Assembly (NCBI GenBank): GCA_965224215.1
Contig: CBDCYS010000027.1
Coordinates: forward strand, 10,304 to 74,303
Source of the DNA: Bryobacterales bacterium
GTDB lineage: Bacteria > Acidobacteriota > Terriglobia > Bryobacterales > UBA6623
Length of the DNA: 64,000 nucleotides
Reading direction: 5' to 3'
Part shown: piece by piece, positions 1 through 10,186 of the stretch
Layout: every line of letters starts with the position of its first letter
How positions within the stretch are numbered: position 1 is the stretch's first letter
Notes under the pieces: generated by a model
Seen by the model: only the letters and a program-made list of their open reading frames with translations
The model's database searches: none
What the model was told of the DNA's origin: nothing
Position numbers and translations under genes: made by a program

Positions 1-456
1 AGTAGTGAGGAAGCGGGGTAACGCCCGTGGAGCGAAGGAGCCTTGCTGCACATGAAGTCTTGGTCAACACAGTGAGGCAGGGGCGAAATGATAAAAGCGT
101 CCGGTAGTCTGCAGGATCTGAGACGAAGACTATACGGCAAGGGGAAGGCTGAACGGACTTGGCGTTAACCCAAGGCCTCGGTCGGAAGCGGTGGAGTAGT
201 CAATGGCGAGAGCAGACACCTGGATTCGGATGACGGCTCCCGAGCTGTCGTCGAAAGCAACTCCGATCGGATAGGTCTCATAAACCTTGTCGTGAAGTGT
301 GCAGGAGCGCGTAGTGAAGGCAATCTTCATGCTGCGTGCGAGGTGGCGGGAGCTGGAAACGGAGCCACGGACACGGTTAACCGGGCACGAAGGGGGAAAC
401 CCCGGATACAGCCAAGCCAGGTCCTGACGGGCCACCGCGCCAGTTCCCGACCCTAC
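1..456 (+). mobile_element. Group II intron, 3' portion (5' end lies outside the window), intron-encoded protein internally deleted
   Basis: Domain V-like hairpin CGCGTAG-TGAAG-GCAAT-CTTCA-TG-CTGCGTG at ~308-338. It is followed by GGCGGGAGCTGG...CCAGTTCCCGACCCTAC, an extended domain VI ending in AC at 456. An RT remnant lies upstream. Confidence 0.85.
88..233 (+). pseudogene. Group II intron reverse transcriptase/maturase remnant (N- and C-termini only)
   Basis: ATG88 gives MIKASGSLQDLRRRLYGKGKAERTWR*, a typical IEP N-terminus. It directly abuts GLGRKRWSSQW, a typical IEP C-terminal motif. No YADD core is present. Confidence 0.75.
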
Positions 457-628
457 GGCTTGTTCTCGCCATCTATCCCGCGCGGCGGCATTATCGTCCC
501 CACGACGCGGCGCACTGGGTGTTCGTTAATAGGATCGCCCGTCCTCGCATCTGTTCGACTCCGACGACGAAAAGCACGGATCACCGTCGAGTCCCCAAGC
601 CGCTGGCGGCTTGACGGTGCATGCCGGT

Positions 629-1706
629 TCAATTACCGAAGGCTAAGCCCGTCGCTTGGCCGATTACTTCGCTGCCTCGCTCTAAGACGGTTTGTCGCCA
701 AGGCTGATCATCCGGAGAGAACTTCTCCCTTCGTTCATTCCTCGTCGGGTGATCAACCATCCCATCTCCGTAGTGGTGCCCGCGATTCTCTGCGCGGAGC
801 GCTCTCAGAACCCTTACTACGTGGTAGGTACCGAACTCCTGGCAAAGGAAAAACACTTCCGCAGCCGGCAGGACGCGGGGATACATGGAGTCGTAGACTC
901 CCTTTACTTTGTAGGCCGGGCCGCGATTCGGGTCCAAGGACGCAATGTGCACTCCAAAAGTTTTCTTCATTACTTGGTAGGTCCTGGAACCTTCGTCATC
1001 AGCGTGAACGAACAAAGTATCAAAGGCAAATGGCCCCAGCCCAGTGTGCACGTCAACGACTACTACATGCTCGGCGGATGGTCCCAGACGCTCGCGCACG
1101 AATTCCTCGACCTTGCGAGGTCCTTCTTCGAGTTTCGATCCGCCGAAGAAAAGCCCCTTGGGATACTCGTATTGTCCCCCCGCAATCACTTCTTTGAGGG
1201 GTGACATGCCGTGCCGGGCAATGAGCCAAAGAACACGAGCGTAGTACAGATCCCTACCAGGTGGGCTGGGAGGGTTCACGAACGGGTCAGGCTTGTCGTA
1301 ACCCGTTGGGGCACCCCGGTATGACTCTCCTGATCCGAGGAAATTTCGATTCAAGTCAACGCTGTTTTTCGTTGAATCTTCGGAGCCAGGCCATTCCAAA
1401 CGGGTTCAGCACATGGACCAGCATAATCGCCGAATCCGAGGATGTGGACGGAATGCCCTCGTCCAGCCACTGTAGCTGGACGGCAGAGCCAGCGAATACC
1501 TCTACGCCATGTAGCCCACTCGAATGCACGAGCACACGCTTGGGCGTTTCCGCGCCAAACCACGCGATGTCGATTGTTAAATCTTCCCCATTCGGACCCT
1601 TGGCATCGATTTGCAGCGCCCTCAACCGCCCGCCTGCCTTCTCCACTGCGGTTCGGAATTGGGTCCGTGCCGTCGCGTAGTTGGGAGAAAAATACTTGGC
1701 GGACAT
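629..1706 (-). pseudogene. M14-family metallopeptidase (DUF2817-like), frameshifted
   Basis: N-half (ORF 1356-1775; YFSPNY, SSGLHGVE, VLNPFG) and C-half (ORF 629-1399; VDLNRNF, DVHTGLG, QEFGT) join through a 1-nt shift in an A5 run near 1365. Confidence 0.8.
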
Positions 1707-2017
1707 GGTGTCCCCGACGGTTTGCTTTTCTGCTGCTTCACCAGTCACAAGGTTGAGAACCGTTGTGTCCAGCAAACGAAGAGCCTACCATATGGGCGTT
1801 GAGCGAACCGGCACTACGGGTAGTACCGACATCCAACCGAAAACCTCCGATAGGGCCCACTCAGGCCCGCACACTATTAGCAGGTCATTGGTCCTGGTGG
1901 CTCGGGCGCAACATACGCCCTTGCCGAGTGCGGCGGGGATGCAGCCGGCCGCGGTCCAACAACAATCATCTGCGCGGCAAGCAGCAGGCGAGGTGGTGGC
2001 CTCCAAGGATCTGGTCC

Positions 2018-2515
2018 CTCTACGGCGCCGGGCTGCGCTTGGACGAAGCGCTGCGGCTGGAAAGCAGCGACATCGACAGCCAGCGGATGCTGATTCAGGT
2101 TCGCCAAGGCAAAGGACAGAAGCCGCGACAGGTCATGTTCGTGCCCAAGCTTCTCGCACTGCTGCGCATTTACTGGCGCCGCTACCAACCGCAGCTGTTG
2201 CTGTTCCCCGGCCGCATACCCGGCGCGACGTTGCGACCCTCGGGAGTTCGACAAATCTGCCAAGAACTCGCCCGCAAAGCCGGCCTCAACAAAGCGGTGA
2301 GTCCGCACGTGTCGCGGCATTGCTTCGCCACCCATCTGCTGGAGGCCGGGACGGATCTGCGCACGATCCAAGTTCTGCTGGGGCATGCCAGCCTCAAGAC
2401 TACGGCTCGCTACCTGCACGTCTCCGAGCACAGGCTAAAGACAACCACCAGCCCTTTGGAAGATCTGGCGATCCGTGAGATTCTCCACGACGACGGGGAC
2501 GGCCGCCGACGGTGA
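2018..2515 (+). pseudogene. Tyrosine recombinase of an IS91-like element, 5'-truncated
   Basis: [40 protein letters not shown] catalytic motifs are present. Sequence upstream of 2018 does not resemble an integrase. The stop overlaps the transposase start (GTGA). Confidence 0.85.
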
Positions 2516-3717
2516 GACCCCATCGGCTCGAAGTGGCCGATGTGGTTCGCGAACACGGACAGGAGTTCCTCGAGCGTTGCGGGCGCTACGCTTCCCCGCA
2601 ACAACGCAAGGCTCTCCACGACATCGGCGTCTGTCGCACGGCCGCTCTGGGCGGCCATCTCGAGCAGTGCGATTCTTGCTCGCACCACCTCGTTGCCTAC
2701 AACTCGTGTCGCAACCGGCACTGCCCGAAGTGTCAGTCCACGGCCCGCGACCGCTGGCTCGCCGAGCGGGCCGCGGAGTTGCTGCCCGTGCGCTACTGCC
2801 ATGTCGTCTTTACAATTCCTCGACCACTGGCGGCGCTGGATCTGCACAATCAACGGGTCTTCTACCGTTTGCTATTTCGTGCCGTTTCTCAGACACTGCT
2901 GGAGATCGCAGCCGACTCTCGACGCCTCGGCGCACGAATCGGCTTCTTCGCGGTCTTGCATACCTGGAGCCAAAGCTTGCTCTACCATCCCCACATCCAT
3001 TGTGTGGTTCCGGCCGGAGGCATCTCTTTGGATCGCTCACGTTGGATTCGCTGCCGCAGGAAGTTCTTCCTTCCGGTGCGAGTGTTGAGCCGGCTCTTTC
3101 GTGGGAAAATGCTGGCCTTCTTGCGCCAAGCGTTTGCCCAGGGTGAGTTGGGGTTCTTCGGACGCTTGAGCGAACTCGCCGAGGCCGCCCGCTTCCATGC
3201 TTGGCTTGAAAGCTTGAAGAAGAGCGAGTGGGTTGTCTATGCCAAGCCGCCTCTGCGACGGTCCCAGCATGTGCTCAAGTATCTGGCCCGCTACACACAT
3301 CGCGTGGCCATCTCCAACGGGCGGCTGGAGTCGCTGGAAAGAGGTCGCGTTCGCTTCCGCTGGCGCAACGCGAAAAAGAGCAATCGCATCCAGACAATGA
3401 CTCTCGATGCGGTCGAGTTCACCCGGCGCTTCCTGCTGCATGTGTTGCCGCGCGGCTTCGTCAAGATCCGGTATTACGGCTTCCTCGCGAATCGCCATCG
3501 CTCGGCTGAGCTGGCTCGCTGCCGTGAACTGCTGCAGATTTCTGCAACCGCAGCCGACGCGGCGACCATCTTGAGCAGCAAACAACGGCAAGCTGTCGAG
3601 CGCCGTTGTCCCCTCTGCCGCCAAGGTTTCCTGCGCATTGTCGAATGGCTTTCGGTGCTTGAGTTGCACACGCGCCGGCACAAACTCACGCTGCCCGATC
3701 CGATCGATTCTTCATGA
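2512..3717 (+). CDS. IS91-family rolling-circle (Y2/HUH) transposase
   Basis: Zn-binding [16 protein letters not shown] motif [27 protein letters not shown]-terminal CPLC. Confidence 0.95.
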   Translation: MRPHRLEVADVVREHGQEFLERCGRYASPQQRKALHDIGVCRTAALGGHLEQCDSCSHHLVAYNSCRNRHCPKCQSTARDRWLAERAAELLPVRYCHVVFTIPRPLAALDLHNQRVFYRLLFRAVSQTLLEIAADSRRLGARIGFFAVLHTWSQSLLYHPHIHCVVPAGGISLDRSRWIRCRRKFFLPVRVLSRLFRGKMLAFLRQAFAQGELGFFGRLSELAEAARFHAWLESLKKSEWVVYAKPPLRRSQHVLKYLARYTHRVAISNGRLESLERGRVRFRWRNAKKSNRIQTMTLDAVEFTRRFLLHVLPRGFVKIRYYGFLANRHRSAELARCRELLQISATAADAATILSSKQRQAVERRCPLCRQGFLRIVEWLSVLELHTRRHKLTLPDPIDSS

Positions 3718-4130
3718 AACCCCACCGCGCCTGCCTCGAATCCACGACGATTCCAACGGCCGCCTGGCACCGCTCAATAGTGCTGCGTCCGGACCGTCCT
3801 GCTTGCCTACGTCATCTGAACGCAAAGGTCCAATTCCATGCACTGCACCTGCAAAACCTTTGTTGATTCCTACACCGGCCACACCGCTGTGAGCCCTCTC
3901 ACCGGGTCTCTTGCACACTTCCCAACTATTGAATTCCCATAAGGAATCTCCGAGGCCGGCTTACTGCAACAAACCGTATCAGCAATGCTCCGGCGGGTCG
4001 TTTCCTCGGCCCTCCCCGGACACCCTCTCGCCGGATCACTGCCGATACGGCCCTAAGGTGTTACCACCACCTATCGCAGCAGGGTAGAATTGGACGGAAG
4101 TGATCAGCTGATCCGTGGATGGGTCGCTAA

Positions 4131-5120
4131 TCAGAATCGTTCGCTGACACGGCCTGTCAGAGACTTCAGGAAGGCGAGCAAGTCACTTTTTTCCTGACTT
4201 GTTAGCTTGAGCGGCCGGATCTCCTTGTCGCGGTAAGGGTTTTTGCGGCCGCCGTCGCTATAGAAGTTGATGACATCCCTGAGAGTGGCGAGGCTGCCGT
4301 CATGCATGTACGGAGCAGAGCGGGCAACCTCGCGCAGGGTCGGAGTTTTGAATGCGCCTCTTTGGTTGGAATCGCCCGTGATCGCAAAGCGGCCTTCATC
4401 CTGAAGCTTGCCGTCTCGCCAAGCGACACCGGTGTTGTGGAACTCTTCGTCCGTAAGAGTCGGGCCGATGTGGCAGACGGTGCAGTTGCCTTTTCCTCGG
4501 AAGACCTTCAACCCTCGGCGGGCTTCGTTTGACAAGGCGTTCCGATCGCCATAGATGTAGCGGTCGAAGGGCGAGTTGCCCGAATGGATCGTCCGGACGT
4601 AGCTGGCCAGCGCCCGCGCTAGATCTTCGCCGTTGATTTCCCGTCCGAAGGCTTGCCGGAACATCTTCCGGTAGCGGCGCTTGTGGTTCAGGCGTTCAAC
4701 GGCTTCCGGGACCGTCATGTCCATCTCGCTCTCGCTTTCTATGGGCTTGACGACCTGCTCTTCAAGAGTCGATGTGCGCCCGTCCCAAAAGAACGCCCGG
4801 CCATAGGCGCGGTTAACCAGCGTCGGGACGCTGCGGTTTCCCCGGCGGCCGTAAACTCCCACCGGCTTGGCGCGGCCATCCGTAAAGGCCTTCTTCGGTT
4901 GGTGGCAACCCCTGCACGCAAGGCTACGGTTACGGGAGAGGAGCTTGTCGCCAAACAGTTTCTTGCCGAGCTTTACTTTTTTAAGGGTAGGCGGATTGTC
5001 TTCGGGGATCGGGCGGTAGAGGTCGAGCCCGAGCGGGGGACGAAACTCGGCGAAAGCCTCCGACACTGGGACTAGGATCAACGAAAGATAGGCGACGAGT
5101 CGAACGACACCTTGTCTCAT
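4131..5120 (-). CDS. Di-heme cytochrome c peroxidase (CcP/MauG family)
   Basis: Signal peptide, two CxxCH motifs (CRGCH, CTVCH), FFWDGR, FKTPTLR, APYMHDG. Confidence 0.93.
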   Translation of the reverse strand: MRQGVVRLVAYLSLILVPVSEAFAEFRPPLGLDLYRPIPEDNPPTLKKVKLGKKLFGDKLLSRNRSLACRGCHQPKKAFTDGRAKPVGVYGRRGNRSVPTLVNRAYGRAFFWDGRTSTLEEQVVKPIESESEMDMTVPEAVERLNHKRRYRKMFRQAFGREINGEDLARALASYVRTIHSGNSPFDRYIYGDRNALSNEARRGLKVFRGKGNCTVCHIGPTLTDEEFHNTGVAWRDGKLQDEGRFAITGDSNQRGAFKTPTLREVARSAPYMHDGSLATLRDVINFYSDGGRKNPYRDKEIRPLKLTSQEKSDLLAFLKSLTGRVSERF

Positions 5121-5251
5121 CGTTCCCGGATCCCCATGACGGCCCTTACCGGATTACGGTCCTTGGTGGGAATGCCCACCGTCGCGGCGAGCGCGAGGAA
5201 GCACAGCGTCCCCACGACTACCACCATTGCTTCAGCAAAGATTCTTTTCAA
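5117..5251 (-). CDS. Small 44-aa hydrophobic/single-TM peptide (not in ORF track)
   Basis: GAGGT RBS and TTG start give MKRIFAEAMVVVVGTLCFLALAATVGIPTKDRNPVRAVMGIRER*. The stop overlaps the peroxidase ATG (ATGA). Confidence 0.45.
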   Translation of the reverse strand: MKRIFAEAMVVVVGTLCFLALAATVGIPTKDRNPVRAVMGIRER

Positions 5252-5293
5252 TATGACAACCTCACGTGGGGCACACTTCTTCCGCCACGTCGC

Positions 5294-5370
5294 TCATTTT
5301 GCTGCTATCACCTCGGGCAGGAAGTTCTCCATCATTTCGCCGCTCTCAACTCGGGTAGAAAATTTTCCAT
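5294..5370 (-). repeat. Tandem diverged duplication of the last 13 codons of the TolB-like gene
   Basis: 5332-5370 encodes MENFLPELRAAK*; 5294-5332 encodes MENFLPEVIAAK*. There are 8 differences in 39 nt, 6 of them synonymous. Confidence 0.85.
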
Positions 5371-7443
5371 GACCCAGACTTCTTCGTCATAGACCCCGGA
5401 GGTGAAGGCGATGCGCTCCCCGTCCGGGTGGACACTCAATCCCTCGATCTTGTAAAGCTCCAGATCCAGCTTTCGGGGATCTTCTCCACCGTCGGCGGAG
5501 ACCACCCAAATATGGCTCCTCGAGTTGTTCTCCCAGGTACCGAACAGCAGCCGGCTTCCATCGGGCGTCCAAGCAAGCGAGTTTTGGAAAATACGGTTCT
5601 CTGGCCGGGTGATTTCGCGGCTGGATCCTTCTGCTAGCGACATCACGTTCAAGGCTTGCTCGCCGATTGCATTCTGAATAAAAGCTAACTCTCGGCCATC
5701 AGGGGAAACCGCTAGCCCGGAAATGGAATAACGATCGGGAGTCCGATGGAGCTCCTTTTCTTTGCCGCTCTCAACGTTCCGCGTGATGATCTGCTCGAAC
5801 TTGGAACCCTGACGCGTCCGCCGAAACAAAATTGCTTCCCCATCCGGTGACCAGGAATGCTTGGAGAGGTGTTCCCCCGGTCCGCTCAACACCAGCGCAC
5901 TTTCTTTTCCAGTCTCGACGTCGACACGAAAGATGCCTTGGCGTCCGCGCCGGTCGCTGGCCCGAATCGCCAGCGCGCTTCCGTCCGGGGTCCAGCGCGG
6001 CTGGGTCAAGACATCGCCGTCGCTTATACTGAGCTTGAGGGGAGGTTCTCGATAATCTCCGGATTCGAGGGACTGAATGCAGAGCACTTTGGAGGCTTTC
6101 GCGTTTCGACGCGAGAAGTAAGCCAAATGCCTGCCGTCCGGGGACCATTCAGCGGAACGGTTCGATCCAAGGAAGCGCTCGGTCGCGCGGACGGCAGTTG
6201 CCGGTACAGCTTCCGAGTCGAGACCCAGCGAGGCTACGTACACATCCTCCCGGCCGGAGCCGAGACCATAGAAGAGGGCGCCTGTGTCAGTGAGACCTAG
6301 CGGCCTCTTCAATCCTACGTCGCGTTTCAGCAGCAAGGCTTCTCCCAGCGGCCGACCGTCCGCGACCGGAACAGCCCATAGACTTAGCGTTTCTGTGCGG
6401 TTACTTGCGAACATAACCCGCTCACCGTCAGGGGTCCAGATCGGAGAAAAGTCGTTGGCCGAATGGCGCACCAAGGAGATTTCGCGGCTTCCGTCCGCCG
6501 CTAGCAGAAAGATATCGCGAGCCGTCTGAGGGCCATCCCTGGGAAAGTCGTAGGCAATATAGCGTCCATCAGGCGAAAGGCTGGCCTCGACGTTATCGTC
6601 CCAGTTGAGCGTCCTCACAACGTGGACAGACTGATCTTCGGCAGATATAAGCGCGAGTTGGGTGGTTCGGTCCTTTGTGAAGAACGTGGCCAGAATCAGC
6701 TTGCCGTCAGCCGACCAGCCCTTCGGCTTGAGGTAGGGGACCTCTGGGTTACGATATAGCAACCGGGGTTCGGAGCCGTCAGTTCCAACAAGTCGAAGTT
6801 CATAGAAGCCCACATCCGGGTCCCAATTACCCCAGGCATAGACAACCTGCTTGCCGTCGGGTGAAATCGCCGAGGATTCGGCGTAGTTTTCGGATACGTC
6901 CCACGAACCCTTGGAGGTAAGCAAGCGGTTCTCTTCCCTTTCCAAGTCCCGCATCCCCAAGTCTCCCGTCGCCCAATGGACGTAAGAGAGAAAACGACCG
7001 TCCAGCGAAACCGTTCCCAAGGTGTCCACATCCGGTCCTGTCCAAACCTGCCGGACGATGACTCCTGAGCCTGCGGCCTCGGCCAGCGGGTCGGGCGGGT
7101 TGAGGATCGGTCCTCGCAGAATGGCTGCGGCGAGGGCCAGCAGCGCCAGGCCGCCTCCCAGCGCGGGGACAAACCGCCGCCCGCGTAGAGGCGACTCTGA
7201 CTCGGCAGCCTTCGGCTTGCGCGCCGCGCGCCAAGCATCCAGTTCGCTCGCGTAGGTGTAGACGCTCGCTCGTGAGCCATGCTGGTGCCGGCGGACGGGG
7301 AGCCCTTCTTCTTTCTCCCATCGGCGTGCAGTTCGCTCGTCGCGGTTGAGATAGGCAGCGATTTCTTTCCACGACTCGAGTGGAGAGCCACTTCGGGGGT
7401 TTTGCCTTGAGGGATCGACAGTCTGCTCGTTGTCTTGCGTCAT
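5332..7443 (-). CDS. N-terminal HTH DNA-binding domain + TM helix + TolB/PD40 beta-propeller protein
   Basis: LESWKEIAAYL..DERTARRWEKEEGLPV N-terminus, a hydrophobic segment, then many SPDG/WSPDG/WTPDG repeats. Confidence 0.85.
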   Translation of the reverse strand: MTQDNEQTVDPSRQNPRSGSPLESWKEIAAYLNRDERTARRWEKEEGLPVRRHQHGSRASVYTYASELDAWRAARKPKAAESESPLRGRRFVPALGGGLALLALAAAILRGPILNPPDPLAEAAGSGVIVRQVWTGPDVDTLGTVSLDGRFLSYVHWATGDLGMRDLEREENRLLTSKGSWDVSENYAESSAISPDGKQVVYAWGNWDPDVGFYELRLVGTDGSEPRLLYRNPEVPYLKPKGWSADGKLILATFFTKDRTTQLALISAEDQSVHVVRTLNWDDNVEASLSPDGRYIAYDFPRDGPQTARDIFLLAADGSREISLVRHSANDFSPIWTPDGERVMFASNRTETLSLWAVPVADGRPLGEALLLKRDVGLKRPLGLTDTGALFYGLGSGREDVYVASLGLDSEAVPATAVRATERFLGSNRSAEWSPDGRHLAYFSRRNAKASKVLCIQSLESGDYREPPLKLSISDGDVLTQPRWTPDGSALAIRASDRRGRQGIFRVDVETGKESALVLSGPGEHLSKHSWSPDGEAILFRRTRQGSKFEQIITRNVESGKEKELHRTPDRYSISGLAVSPDGRELAFIQNAIGEQALNVMSLAEGSSREITRPENRIFQNSLAWTPDGSRLLFGTWENNSRSHIWVVSADGGEDPRKLDLELYKIEGLSVHPDGERIAFTSGVYDEEVWVMENFLPELRAAK

Positions 7444-8570
7444 GGCTGTGTTCCTTGGTGCGAACGGGTCATGCGTTTCCGATTCGCCATGACGATACTA
7501 ACCCTGGACGAGCACGCATTCAACAGGCAAGTGCGGGCACGGCTAGAAATGTCCGCTGATAACCGGGTCGAACTAATTCCCGCGACGCCAAAGAGCTCAG
7601 GAACTGGACCATGGGGAAACCAGACTTTAACGGTGGTGCCGCGCGAACATAAACGCGAGTCAAGACTTTGGTGTTCGCGAAGTGCGGCCCGCTGTTCAAA
7701 GACCTTAGTCTGGGCTGTAAGCCTTGGCGCTACGACGTCTCGGGGGATGGGCGCTCGGTCACGGTGGAGAGCGTTGTTGCGGAAGAAGAGTAGCGGCGCA
7801 CACCCGCGATCCACATCACCGAAAAATAGGCTCGCCGAGTTCCGCGACCGCGAGCAGGACTAAGTCCCCCGAAACGAACCACATAGGACTCGTTCGCGGA
7901 TACCTGTTGTGATATCCCGTTACCACCAGAAATCGACGCTCTCCAGATTGTAACATCTTCCGATAAAGTAACTTAGCTCCGATTCCAGGTCGAGTGGCAG
8001 CATACTCGGCAAACCGGACAATTAGCCGAGCACACGACGCCTCGAAACCGACATTCGGCTTCAGGTAGATCCTCTGTCGGCTACTGTCGGCTAGGGTTCA
8101 CCGAAATGACGCGAGCCCTGACGTTGGCAGGTCTCGACGACGCTTCAGAAACGGGTTAGGAGTGTGGCACAGGAGAGGGGAAGGACAATCGTTGTGTATT
8201 GCTGAGGGCTGTTGGCTCTTCCTCAGCTACTGGGCTCTGCCGTGACGTTCACAGTATTCTCGTTCGCATGTTCGCGGGCCTCTCGAAACTGAGGAATGTA
8301 TAGCTCGCCACTGCGGCACACGTTACGTTGCCCGCTATGTTGTTGAAAAATAGCTGTGGCCGCCTTTCCACGCGACTCATCCCCGGAACGATGTTTTGTA
8401 GTCGTCGCAGGTGTGACGGTTTAATCATCGATCGCAACTGCGACCCGGCAAGCTGGCTCGGGCGCCCCCAACAGTCGTAGCCCTAGCCGCCTTTCTGGCT
8501 TCCGGCCATGGCCAGTTCATCAACGGGACGGAGGTTGTGGTGTGATTCTGACAATTTGAATGAGGTTACT

Positions 8571-9020
8571 ATGACAGCTCAATCTGCAACACGTATCATC
8601 GAGCCCCCGGATAACTTGAATGATGCCCTGAAGGCCGAATTTGTCCGGAATCAGTTGAGCGGACGTGTGGGTCACGTCCTGCTTTCCGAAAGCGATCGTG
8701 TACGGGTTTGGTCAATCCATTTGAAGCCCGGGGAAAGACTCCCCTTTCACCGTCATGTCCTGGACTATTTCTGGACAGCAATCACCCCTGGACAAGGCTT
8801 TTCTCACAATCACGACGGCAGCGAGGAACCCTTCAGTTTGGAAGCTGGCAGCACTCGGCATCTGCCCTTCGGGCTGGGTGAATTCCTGGTCCATGACCTC
8901 AACAATACCGGTGACTCCGACCTTATTTTCACAACGGTGGAGTTTCTCGATAGCGCCAATAATCCGATCGAGCTCCCCGATGAGGTGCGCCGTGAGGAAC
9001 GAAACAGAACTGTTGCATAA
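8571..9020 (+). CDS. Cupin-domain protein, copy 1
   Basis: GAGG RBS before ATG8571. Cupin motifs RVRVWSIHLKPGE..PFHRH and VHDLNNTG..LIFTTVEF. Confidence 0.85.
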   Translation: MTAQSATRIIEPPDNLNDALKAEFVRNQLSGRVGHVLLSESDRVRVWSIHLKPGERLPFHRHVLDYFWTAITPGQGFSHNHDGSEEPFSLEAGSTRHLPFGLGEFLVHDLNNTGDSDLIFTTVEFLDSANNPIELPDEVRREERNRTVA

Positions 9021-9137
9021 TCAACGCAGGACACATTCTCGAAGTGGGTTGTTTGTGAGCACGCCTATCCGTTCGCGCCGCCGGAGTCTCGTGGTTCGGG
9101 TCGGACTCAGCGCCCCCACAATCTGAATGAGGTTACT

Positions 9138-9581
9138 ATGACAGCTCAATCTGCAGAACGTATCATCGAGCCCCCGGATAACTGGAACGATGCACTGAAG
9201 GCCGAATTTGTCCGCGATCAGTCCAACGGGCGCGTGGGCCAAATCCTGGTTTCCGAAAGCGATCGTGTGCGGGTTTGGTCAATCCGTTTGAAGCCCGGGG
9301 AAAGACTCGGCTTTCACCGTCATGTCCTGACCTATTTCTGGACAGCAGTCACCTCTGGACAAAGCTTATCCCGCTATCACGACGGCAGAGAGGAAACCTT
9401 CAATTATGAAGCTGGCAGCACCCGGCATCTGCCCTTCGGGCCGGGTGAATTCATGGTCCATGACCTGACCAATACCGGCAACTCCGAGCTTATTTTCACA
9501 ACGGTGGAGTTTCTCGACAGCGGCAACAATCCGATCGCGGTCCCCGATGAGGTGTGTCGTGAGACGCTAAGAGTGAGCTAG
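9138..9581 (+). CDS. Cupin-domain protein, copy 2 (tandem paralog)
   Basis: Closely similar to 8571-9020, including the upstream TGAATGAGGTTACT. Confidence 0.85.
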   Translation: MTAQSAERIIEPPDNWNDALKAEFVRDQSNGRVGQILVSESDRVRVWSIRLKPGERLGFHRHVLTYFWTAVTSGQSLSRYHDGREETFNYEAGSTRHLPFGPGEFMVHDLTNTGNSELIFTTVEFLDSGNNPIAVPDEVCRETLRVS

Positions 9582-9711
9582 AGGCCCCCGCTCTGAGAAT
9601 TGAGGGAAATGAGTTCTCTCTTGGATGTAACCGTTAGTCCCTGTTAGTTAGGGCCGGATTAGGGCCAATACTGTTCACTGAGAGCCTTCCGAGCCACGGA
9701 GCGGCGCCGGA

Positions 9712-9750
9712 TCGTAGCCCATGGGTGGAGCGAAGCGGAACCCTGGGTGA
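9712..9750. repeat. REP-like palindrome
   Basis: GTAGCCCATGGGT-GGAGCGAAGCGGA-ACCCTGGGT: GTAG-headed imperfect hairpin. Confidence 0.5.
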
Positions 9751-9924
9751 GAAACCCCGCGCCGCCGAGCCCGCAAGGGCCGTGGGAAAGCCAACCCGTG
9801 ATGCCGCCGCCGGCCCGCCTGTGTCAACAAGAAACACCACGGTCATGTCCAGCCAAACCGGCCCAGAAACCACCTGCCGGTAGGTTCGTGTGCGACTGAA
9901 AGTCGCCTGAAGCGACCTGGCCGA

Positions 9925-10035
9925 AACAGAGCGGCGCCCGCAAGGGTGCGGTCGAGGGTAGTCAGTGTGTCGAGACCGCCATCGGAATGCGGTCACTGCC
10001 AGAGTGGACCGCACCCTTGCGGGCGCCGCTCTGTT
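9925..10035. repeat. Perfect 29-bp inverted repeat pair (REP doublet/REPIN-like)
   Basis: AACAGAGCGGCGCCCGCAAGGGTGCGGTC (9925-9953) and its exact reverse complement (10007-10035). Confidence 0.85.
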
Positions 10036-10186
10036 CAGAACCCTCGCTGGAAGCTGACCGCCTGAAAGACGCTGGGTTAGACCTGGCGATTAAAATCCCG
10101 CCAATCCCAGGCCCGCCCGAAAGGAAAGAACAAACCCAATACCGAGAACATTTCTATAATTATCTACAATTTCCCCCAAAAACACC

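Noticed and set aside
5294-9581. Diversity-generating retroelement (RT remnant plus duplicated sequences as TR/VR)
   Set aside because: Differences between the duplicates are not adenine-specific, and the RT remnant is group II intron type without a catalytic core.
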